From NCBI GenBank assembly GCA_965648935.1, contig CBFGIY010000008.1, positions 1 through 47,820 on the forward strand: a stretch of DNA of 47,820 nt, written 5' to 3'. The translations under genes were made by a program, and so were the position numbers. Positions 40,916 through 47,820 of this stretch are shown here, in pieces (the stretch's first letter is position 1; each line of letters starts with the position of its first letter). The notes under the pieces are model-generated. The model was not told the DNA's origin. It did not search any database and saw only the letters and a list, made by a program, of their open reading frames with translations. The DNA is from a candidate division WOR-3 bacterium. GTDB lineage: Bacteria > Hydrothermota > Tepidihabitantia > Tepidihabitantales > Tepidihabitantaceae.

Positions 40916-41478
40916 AGATTGAAAGCATCAGCAGCGTGCCGGAGTCGATGGCGCCGTTGTTCCTGCTGCCGAGAATCAACGCCGTTGCCGGCGCGTTCCG
41001 CCGGGAGCGCTTTGCCGTGCTCTCGGCTTTCCGGGTCGGCGAGCCCGACGCCGCGGGCTTGGCCCGGCAGTCCGAGCTCGTCGACCGGGTACAGGCGGCC
41101 GGGCTGGGCTGGTTCCCGGTGTTCTGGGACTGGCCCGGCCGGGTCAGGCGCAGCCTGTTCGTTCACACCCTCGGCAGGGAGGGGGCGAACCGTTGGCGGT
41201 CGGCGCAGTCCATCAAGGCCGATGTGCCCGCGGTCGAGCCGACAATGGCGGTCGTGCTGCAACTGCGGCGGCAGGTTCGCTTCGACCAGTTCATCTGCGG
41301 AGAGCGGGGCAGTTACCTCGTGTACGGGGGCGACCCGCCGGTGCCGGTCGGCGCCGGCAGTAAGCTGTGCCTGCGCATCGATGCCCGGTTCATCGCGTTT
41401 CGCGAGCGGCAGGGATACCTGGTGACGCAGCGAGTGAAGCGTGGGACAAGGCCGCTCAAGTCGAAGAGCAAGGGATAA
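40912..41478 (+). CDS. 188-aa protein with SAM-lyase/DUF3293-like pattern
   Basis: ATGA-coupled to the ATPase; FAVLSAFR..LARQSELVDRVQAAG.GWFPV...RRSLFV..RFDQFI. The ORF is well supported; the family call is by eye. Confidence 0.6.
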   Translation: MKIESISSVPESMAPLFLLPRINAVAGAFRRERFAVLSAFRVGEPDAAGLARQSELVDRVQAAGLGWFPVFWDWPGRVRRSLFVHTLGREGANRWRSAQSIKADVPAVEPTMAVVLQLRRQVRFDQFICGERGSYLVYGGDPPVPVGAGSKLCLRIDARFIAFRERQGYLVTQRVKRGTRPLKSKSKG

Positions 41479-41826
41479 GGGTTACTATCCTGTGCGGGCG
41501 ATGCCCGCCAGGATTGGACATCGGTGGCACCAACTGAGCCCTGCCCTGCGGCTCTGGCTGCGCCGAAGGGCTTACCGCCGCGTCTTGAGCAACGGCGCGT
41601 ATCGGAACATTGGAGCGTGCCCGGCGACGACTTGTGACGAGATTTCTGAGGCCAAAACAGGCGGGAGACAGGAGGCAGCAGGCAAGAGAAGGGTTGTCGG
41701 ACACTTGCGTGCGCGGGAGAAGTTGATTCCACGGGAAGGGCCGGTTTTTGGGCAGTCCGGGGGACCGTCCCCCGGGCGGCCCCGGGCCGAACAGGACTGG
41801 CCGCCGCCGCCGGCCCGCGCGCCTGC

Positions 41827-43011
41827 TTATTGCTCAGGTCCGGTCGCCTTCGCGCGGCCCGGCCTGTTGCGGCGTCTTCGGTTCTTGCGCTTGCGTCGGT
41901 GCCGCGGCGGCCGGCCGGCTGCGACCGCTTCGGGCAAGAGCGCCTCGACTTTCCGGACCAGGCCCTCGCGCCCCGGCCCCGCGATGGCGGCGCTCATCTC
42001 GGCAAGTATGAGCACCTGTGCCGGGCCGCCGAGCCGGTGCAGGGCGCGTCGGACATCAAGCAGGGCCGGCGGGTCAGAGAGCAGGGCCTGGTTGCGCACG
42101 AGCGCCACAACATTGTGGCGCAGCGCTATCTGAACACAGAGAGACTTCAGGCGGCGGGCCGCGAGTTCGGCCGCGGCTGACGGGTCAGAATCGCAACCGG
42201 CGCGCCCGATGCTGTGCAGCAGGACCGCAAGGCGCAGTTCGAGGTCGGGTCGCATCGAACCGAGCGTTTCCAGCGTGCGTTCGAACACGGCAGGCTCCGA
42301 TTTGAGCGCGGCGACCTCAGGCAGCAGGATTGAAAGCAGCCCGGCATCGTCCATCAGCTTCAGACCGCGCGCCGGGTCTGCGCCGGCGATGAGCTTGAGA
42401 AGCTCGTCGCGAATCCGCTCGATGCTCGTGTTGAGCACTTCGCCGGCGTGGGCCCGGAGCCACCCGGCAAGCTCCGGGTCGAGCGTGAAGCCGAGTTCGG
42501 CCGCGAGCCGCACCGCGCGCATCAGGCGGCGCGGGTCAGAGGAGAGGGTCTCGGCCGGACTGCGCGGCGTGCGGATGACCCGCGCGGCGAGGTCAGCCCT
42601 GGCCCTGCCCGACGGGTCGAGCACGGTGCCGTCGGACAGGTCCCAGAGCAGCCCATTGGCGGTGAAGTCCATCGCCATCACCTCGTCGGCGAGCGCGGAT
42701 GGTTCAACCCCGCCGTCGCGCCAGAGCGTGCGGCACTCGACCGAAACGCCGCCGACCGTGAACTGGGCGGTGCGCGAGCGCGAGTAGATGACTACCGGGG
42801 TGCCGCCGAGCACGCGCGACAGCGTCACGGCGAGGCGCGTGGCGCCGCGCGCACCGATCACGAGCAGGTCGATGTCGCGCGGCCGGCGGCCAAGGGTGAT
42901 GTCGCGCACCCAGCCGCCGAAAGCGTACACCCGCCCGGCAAAGCGCGTTTTTGCCACGGCAACTCGGATGCGCTCGAACAGGCCGGAATCGACGCTCGGG
43001 GAATCTGGCAT
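41827..43011 (-). CDS. Divergent class II tRNA nucleotidyltransferase (CCA/PolyA_pol family)
   Basis: GGWVRD..DIDL, DFTANG, SDPRRLMRAVRL and SIERIRDELLK; degenerate HD domain; Arg/Lys-rich tail; promoter TTGACT-N16-TACTCT (43082-43055). Confidence 0.85.
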   Translation of the reverse strand: MPDSPSVDSGLFERIRVAVAKTRFAGRVYAFGGWVRDITLGRRPRDIDLLVIGARGATRLAVTLSRVLGGTPVVIYSRSRTAQFTVGGVSVECRTLWRDGGVEPSALADEVMAMDFTANGLLWDLSDGTVLDPSGRARADLAARVIRTPRSPAETLSSDPRRLMRAVRLAAELGFTLDPELAGWLRAHAGEVLNTSIERIRDELLKLIAGADPARGLKLMDDAGLLSILLPEVAALKSEPAVFERTLETLGSMRPDLELRLAVLLHSIGRAGCDSDPSAAAELAARRLKSLCVQIALRHNVVALVRNQALLSDPPALLDVRRALHRLGGPAQVLILAEMSAAIAGPGREGLVRKVEALLPEAVAAGRPPRHRRKRKNRRRRNRPGRAKATGPEQ

Positions 43012-43143
43012 TGCTCTTGCCGCTTCGGGCCGGGGGCGCGAAGCAGACGGGTGAAGAGTAGGCAAAAGCCCGGTGAAGTCAAAGCCCGCATCGGGCCGGC
43101 GCTCTGCTGGACGATTGGCCCGCGCCGCGCTACGCTCGATCGT

Positions 43144-43518
43144 ATGCGGGACAATCGCGGCCGGATGCTGCGGCCGGGCGTGCTTGACGCGCTTCTGGCC
43201 GCCGTGCTGGTTGCCCTGCCGGTGCGCGCGCTCACCGCGCGGCGGCCGGCCGGGCCGGCCGCGGTTCGCATCACCGAGGCGGGCCGGCTGGTCGGCGAGT
43301 ACCCGCTGGACCGGGACGCGCGGGTTTCGCTCCAGAGCGGCGTGGTGGTTGAGATCCGCACCGGCGCGGTGCGGGTGGCCGAGTCGGATTGCCCGAAAGG
43401 CGTGTGCCGGCACGCGGGCTGGGTGAGCCGGCCAGGCCGGGCCATAGTCTGCGTGCCGAATCGCGTCGCGGTCGAGATAACGGGCGAGCCGCCCGGTGTC
43501 GACGCGGAAAGCTACTGA
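43144..43518 (+). CDS. NusG domain II (DUF1312) protein
   Basis: N-terminal TM, SDCPKGVCRHAGWVS and IVCVPNRV; start at 43144 or 43165. Confidence 0.88.
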   Translation: MRDNRGRMLRPGVLDALLAAVLVALPVRALTARRPAGPAAVRITEAGRLVGEYPLDRDARVSLQSGVVVEIRTGAVRVAESDCPKGVCRHAGWVSRPGRAIVCVPNRVAVEITGEPPGVDAESY

Positions 43519-43530
43519 GGCGCAGGCGAT

Positions 43531-44721
43531 ATGGCGGCAGTGAAGGCTGATGCGCCCTCTCCCGCGCCCGGCGCGCGGCTTGCCGCTCTGGCCGCCTGCG
43601 CGGGCGCGCTGCAGGTGGCCGAGTCGCTGCTGCCCCATCCACTGCCCGGGGTGCGTCTGGGCCTGGCCAATGTCTTCACACTTGTCACGATCGTCGAGCT
43701 CGGGTGCGGCAGCGGTCTGCAACTGGCGGTGTTGCGCACGCTGGTGAGTTCGCTCGTGCTCGGCACCTTCCTGTCGCCCGCGTTCGTGCTGTCGCTGGGC
43801 GGCGGGGTGGCGAGCGCCGCGGTGATGAGCGCGGTCTACCTGCTGGCGCGGCGCCTGCCCGGACTGGGCATCATCGGCGTGAGCGTGGCCGGCGCGGCCG
43901 CGCACACGCTGGCCCAGGTCGCGCTGGTGTACCTGCTTTTCATCCGCAGCGGCGCGGTGCTGCGCCTCCTGCCGTGGCTGGTGGTCTTCGCGGTCGGGGC
44001 CGGGCTGTTGACCGGCTTCGTGGCGGCGCACGCCCTGGGCCGCATCGCGCGCGCGGCCGGCGGCGGGCAGAGGGCGGGGAGCGCCGCACCGGATGCCGGA
44101 ATGCAGCAACCCGCCGACCCCGGACCGCTGGGCCGGGTGCCTCCTGAGTACAAGGTCGGGGCTGCGGCAGTTGTCGCGCTGTTCCTGGTGCTTGCGGGCG
44201 GCGCCTGGGCCTGCGCCGCGGTGTCGGTCGCGCTCATCGGCGCGGCCGCGTTCGGCCGAGTGCGCGCGGCAGCGCTTCTATCCGGGCTGCGCCGGGCCTG
44301 GCCGCTGGTCGGGGCCGCGCTTCTCGTCCCCGCGCTGTTCTCGCCCTGGGGTCGAATAGTGCTGCAGCTCGGGCCGGTGCGCATCACCGAAGCCGGTCTG
44401 ATGCAGGGCGCTCTGTTTGCGGCGCGTCTGGCAGTTCTGCTCTTCGCGGCGCGCCTGCTTTCGCTGGTCACAGCGCCGGCCGATATCGGCCGCGGCGTGG
44501 CGCGCCTGCTTTCGCCGCTGCGCCGGTTCGGTCTGAGGCCGGATTCGGTCGGACTGGCAATCGGCGCGGCGTGGGCCGCGTTTCCCTCAATGATGAGCCG
44601 CGCGCGACAGGCAGTGCGAGCACGCGCGGCCGGGCGCGGCCTCGCGGCGCGGCTCGTGCGGTTGCCCGGCGAGGTTGTGGCTGATTTGTACCTCGCCGCA
44701 GCGGAGGACATGGGGCGATGA
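43531..44721 (+). CDS. Gx transporter (Hpre_diP_synt_I) domain fused to an EcfT/CbiQ-like domain
   Basis: N-half ESLLPHPLPGVRLGLAN..GVSVAGAAAH; C-half GPVRITEAGL..VTAPADI..LLSPL..AFPSM. Confidence 0.8.
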   Translation: MAAVKADAPSPAPGARLAALAACAGALQVAESLLPHPLPGVRLGLANVFTLVTIVELGCGSGLQLAVLRTLVSSLVLGTFLSPAFVLSLGGGVASAAVMSAVYLLARRLPGLGIIGVSVAGAAAHTLAQVALVYLLFIRSGAVLRLLPWLVVFAVGAGLLTGFVAAHALGRIARAAGGGQRAGSAAPDAGMQQPADPGPLGRVPPEYKVGAAAVVALFLVLAGGAWACAAVSVALIGAAAFGRVRAAALLSGLRRAWPLVGAALLVPALFSPWGRIVLQLGPVRITEAGLMQGALFAARLAVLLFAARLLSLVTAPADIGRGVARLLSPLRRFGLRPDSVGLAIGAAWAAFPSMMSRARQAVRARAAGRGLAARLVRLPGEVVADLYLAAAEDMGR

Positions 44722-45698
44722 AGTACCGGGCGCTTCTGGCAATCGCCGCCCTGCTGTTTGCCTGCGCCGGCGGACCGGTTACGCGCAAGCGGTCGGCCCT
44801 GCTGATGGACACATTCGTCACCGTAACGGTCATTGCCGAGCGCGGGCTGGCCGACCGCGCGATTGACTCCGTCTTCGCCCGGCTGGAGACGATAAGCCGC
44901 AGATTCAACCACCTCGACAGCGCCAGCCCGGTGTTCGCGTTCAACACCTCCGGCGCGCCGATCACCGACCCGGAAGTTGTCGGCCTGGTGCGCGTCGCGG
45001 TCGAGGCAAGCGAGCTCTCGGCGGGCGCTTTCGACATCACGGTCGAGCCGCTGGTGCGGTTATGGGGTTTCTACAGCGGCGCCCTCGCCGTGCCGCCCCG
45101 GCGGGCCATTGATTCCTGCCTTGAGTTTGTCGGCTTCCGCAGGCTGGTAGTCGAAAACGGACGCGTGACCCGCGCTGACCCGCGCACCACGATAGACCTC
45201 GGCGGCATCGCCAAGGGTTACGCGCTCAAAGAAGCCGCTGCCCTGCTGCGCCGGATGGGCGTGCGCTCGGCGCTGATCGACGCGGGCGGCGACATCTACT
45301 GCATCGGCGGCCGGGCAGAGCGCGACTGGAAGGTCGGCATCCGGCACCCGCGCGGCGACGGCATCATCGGCGCGGTGGCGGCGCGCGACCGGGCGGTGGT
45401 GACATCGGGCGACTACGAGCGGTTCTTTTTCGGGCCGGACAGCGCGCGCTACTGCCACATCATCGACCCGCGCACCGGCTGGCCGGCGCGCGGCCGCTCA
45501 AGCACGACCGTGGTCGGCGAAGACCCGGTGCTGGCCCAGGCTCTGGCCAAGGCGCTGTTCGTGCTCGGGCCGGATGAGTTCAGACGCCTGGCGGTCGGAA
45601 ACATCGAGTGGCTGGCGATAGGCGAAGACCTGTCCGCGACCGCATCGCCCGGGCTTGGTATCACCGACCTCGATCTCGACAAAATTGACAAACCATGA
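44718..45698 (+). CDS. apbE: FAD:protein FMN transferase (lipoprotein)
   Basis: LLFAC lipobox, GAFDITV, DLGGIAKGY, VTSGDYER and HIIDPRTG. Confidence 0.93.
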   Translation: MKYRALLAIAALLFACAGGPVTRKRSALLMDTFVTVTVIAERGLADRAIDSVFARLETISRRFNHLDSASPVFAFNTSGAPITDPEVVGLVRVAVEASELSAGAFDITVEPLVRLWGFYSGALAVPPRRAIDSCLEFVGFRRLVVENGRVTRADPRTTIDLGGIAKGYALKEAAALLRRMGVRSALIDAGGDIYCIGGRAERDWKVGIRHPRGDGIIGAVAARDRAVVTSGDYERFFFGPDSARYCHIIDPRTGWPARGRSSTTVVGEDPVLAQALAKALFVLGPDEFRRLAVGNIEWLAIGEDLSATASPGLGITDLDLDKIDKP

Positions 45699-45834
45699 CA
45701 TTTACGGGATAATTATTCTGTTCGGGTCGGTCAGGGCCGATTGACCGCCCGCGGACAGCCGGGACACAAGCCGGCTCTTGATTTACGGGGTGACCGCGGG
45801 CTTGAAGCAGGGCAACCGGGAACTGGGAGTTTGT

Positions 45835-45972
45835 ATGCGGCAAGTTGAGTTGTCTGTCGCAGTGTTGGCCGACAATCTGCCCGATCTGTTCACCGTAATG
45901 CGCTTCACGCGCCGTACAGGCCGTGGAGCGTTCGGCGTTTCTGGTCACGCGATTGCCGCGCAGGAGATTTGA
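45835..45972 (+). CDS. Putative 45-aa small protein
   Basis: GGGAG SD; promoter TTGACA-N17-GATAAT (45685-45713) upstream and a terminator hairpin downstream. Confidence 0.4.
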   Translation: MRQVELSVAVLADNLPDLFTVMRFTRRTGRGAFGVSGHAIAAQEI

Positions 45973-45995
45973 CCGAGGAGGCAGGCTGAGAGAAG

Positions 45996-46019
45996 CGGGG
46001 GAGCCTTCAGGCTCCCCCG
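45996..46019. terminator. Hairpin between convergent transcription units
   Basis: CGGGGGAGCC-ttca-GGCTCCCCCG. Confidence 0.75.
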
Positions 46020-46040
46020 TCAGTTTGCCGGTGCCGGCGG

Positions 46041-46490
46041 CTAGCGGAAGTACCAGCGCGCGCCGACCGCGCCGTTGGGGAAGAACTGCGTTTCGGGAAT
46101 CAGGTCCATTCCCGGCGCCACCTCAAGGAAAAGCCCGACCGGGATTTCCGCGAAGATGTACTCGACGCCCAGCGGCACGCGCACGCCCAGCCGCATATTC
46201 TCGGGTACCAGCTTCAGCCGCGCGCCGACACCGATGTACACGGGCAGTTCGCCCGACGGCACCTTGAGCCACTCGAACTGGTGAAACAGAAAATCGCCGT
46301 GCAGGTGCAGGGCAGCGCCGCCGCGCCCCCAATACGACCAGGCCGCGGCCGCGTCGAATGCGGTGCGTTCGCCGGTCCAGTACTTCGCGCTCAGGCCGTT
46401 GGGGTCGCCGGCCATCACACCCAGGCCCAGCCCGCCCGCGCCATAGCACAGCGCCGCGAGCAGTGCAGTCAATCCGAGCAGTCGTTTCAT
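46041..46490 (-). CDS. Small outer-membrane beta-barrel protein (DUF3996-like)
   Basis: AAAGGAGG SD, signal peptide, GLGLGVMAGDPNGLSAKYW, LGVRVPLG and C-terminal RWYFR. Confidence 0.8.
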   Translation of the reverse strand: MKRLLGLTALLAALCYGAGGLGLGVMAGDPNGLSAKYWTGERTAFDAAAAWSYWGRGGAALHLHGDFLFHQFEWLKVPSGELPVYIGVGARLKLVPENMRLGVRVPLGVEYIFAEIPVGLFLEVAPGMDLIPETQFFPNGAVGARWYFR

Positions 46491-46517
46491 GGTCTTGCCT
46501 CCTTTGGTTGATTCATC

Positions 46518-47188
46518 TCAGTAGCGCGGCCCGAACTCGCCGCCTTCGTCCATTATGCCGATGATGTACTGCGCGCCAACACCGACGTGCAGGGCCAGCC
46601 GGCCGTAGTCGAGCCCGCGGCTGTCGAGGTAGAGCCCGACCTGGGGCAGGATCCTGAACCGCCGGCCCAGCGCCGCGCCGGCCACGAGGTAGGGCCGCGC
46701 GGGACGAGCCCGGCGTAGCGGTCAATCTCGGTCTCAAGGATGAGTCCCAGCCCGGCGTAGACCCGCTCGGTGCCGACAGTGCCGCCGCCAGTGGCCGTGA
46801 CAAGCGAGTTCTCAGATGTGGTAAGCGGGCGGGTGTATGCCAGTGCGAGTCCCGCTGCGGCGAGCGGGTCTTCGGTGACCTGGTACCGGCCGTCGGCAAT
46901 CAGCGTGAGCGAGCGCCGGGCCGGGTTCTCGGGCCCGCGCGGCGGTGAGGCCGAGTACACCGCGCGCAAACCGCCGTCCGCGCCGCGCCCGAACCCGGAA
47001 CGCCAGAACAGGTCGCCCTGGGCACCGGCCAGGCCGAGGTTGTCTCTGCCGATACCCAGGCCCGCGGTTGCGCCGATTCCCACAGCGTGCTGGCCCTCGG
47101 TGAGCACCACGGGCGACAAAAAGCGCGGGTAGAAGCAGCCGGCGGTCAGGACCAGCGCGGCCGTGGCCAGGGTAATGCCCGTGCGCAT
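46518..47188 (-). pseudogene. Lipoprotein/beta-barrel-like gene with a 1-bp frameshift near 46695-46704
   Basis: LTAGC lipobox. The reading frame degenerates after YAGLVP, while the adjacent frame continues PYLVAGAALGRRFRILPQVGLYL..LHVGVGAQYII to TGA 46520-46518. Confidence 0.65.
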
Positions 47189-47194
47189 GCGGGC

Positions 47195-47820
47195 TCAGCG
47201 CACGCGGCCGATGAGCGTGTAGAAGAACTCGGTGCCGCGCATCATGCCCAGCCCGCCGCGCTCGACCGAGCGTTCGTCGTAGTGCAAGACGATGTCGGGC
47301 GCGAACCCGGGCCCCATTATCGCGACCGGGACCGCGCCGTGGATGTGGTTGCCTTTCTCGACCGGGGTGATGTGGTCGGGCAGGAGCGCGACGACCGTGT
47401 CGGATCGGTACTTGCGGATGTGGCGCATCACCGGCCGGATGAGCCGGTCGTCGAGGAATTCGATGGCCTGAATCTTCTGCTTCACATCGCGGCTGTGCGC
47501 GGCTTCGTCCGGCGCCTCGACGTGGACAAACACGAAATCGTGGCGGGCGCTGGCGGCGATAGCGGCCTCGGCCTTTCCCTCGAAGTTGGTGTCAATCAGT
47601 CCGGTGGCGCCGGGCACGTTGATTATCTCCAGGCCGGCATAGACCCCGAGGCCCTTGATGAGGTCGACTGCCGAGATGACCGCGCCGGTGAAGCCGTACA
47701 GGTCGGCGAAAGTGCGCATGCGCGGCCGGTGGCCGGGCGACCACGGCCAGATGGAGTTGGCCGGGTCCTTGCCTTCGCGGACGCGGCCGCGGTTGAGCGG
47801 ATGGTCGCCGAGCAGTTTCC
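47195..47820 (-). CDS. apgM: Cofactor-independent phosphoglycerate mutase, ApgM type (C-terminal part)
   Basis: PANSIWPWSPG, ISAVDLIKGLG, HVEAPDEAAH and PDHITP metal ligands; truncated by the window edge. Confidence 0.9.
   Translation of the reverse strand, partial: KLLGDHPLNRGRVREGKDPANSIWPWSPGHRPRMRTFADLYGFTGAVISAVDLIKGLGVYAGLEIINVPGATGLIDTNFEGKAEAAIAASARHDFVFVHVEAPDEAAHSRDVKQKIQAIEFLDDRLIRPVMRHIRKYRSDTVVALLPDHITPVEKGNHIHGAVPVAIMGPGFAPDIVLHYDERSVERGGLGMMRGTEFFYTLIGRVR

Noticed and set aside
38812..41826. Intact integrative element at tRNA-Lys
   Set aside because: No integrase and no distal att copy were found after the cargo genes; at most an islet or remnant.
43012..44109. Apparent N-terminal extension of the nucleotidyltransferase (760-aa ORF)
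   Set aside because: It is antisense to the NusG-II and Gx genes; the promoter at 43082-43055 places the start at 43011.

Overview
This is a GC-rich bacterial chromosome segment. Its T9SS/FlgD-like C-terminal domains, Bat operon and V-type ATPase suggest an FCB-group lineage such as candidate WOR-3 (inference). It very likely spans the replication origin: a perfect parS inside hypF, dnaA, DnaA boxes and an AT-richer 0.5-kb gap. Housekeeping content includes a moxR-DUF58-batABCDE operon, an FSA-type aldolase and ribokinase, a CPA2 antiporter, secreted proteins, V-ATPase C/F/A/B, a SurA/PpiD-like chaperone, five tRNAs, a divergent CCA-type nucleotidyltransferase and a NusG-II/Gx-EcfT/ApbE flavinylation cluster. 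The best candidate for a new system lies just after tRNA-Lys. A 69-bp tandem repeat of the tRNA 3' end is followed by a consensus promoter and a complete SAM-I/IV riboswitch with terminator and antiterminator. The riboswitch precedes a two-gene operon, an AAA+ ATPase plus a protein resembling phage SAM lyases/DUF3293 that seems to lack catalytic residues. This could be a SAM-depletion-triggered response, possibly anti-phage. Other oddities are a 1520-aa protein of 12 PAS domains with no output domain, about 16 promoters with a 16-bp spacer (several apparently leaderless), and a frameshifted beta-barrel gene. All family calls come from motif recognition by eye, not from database searches.
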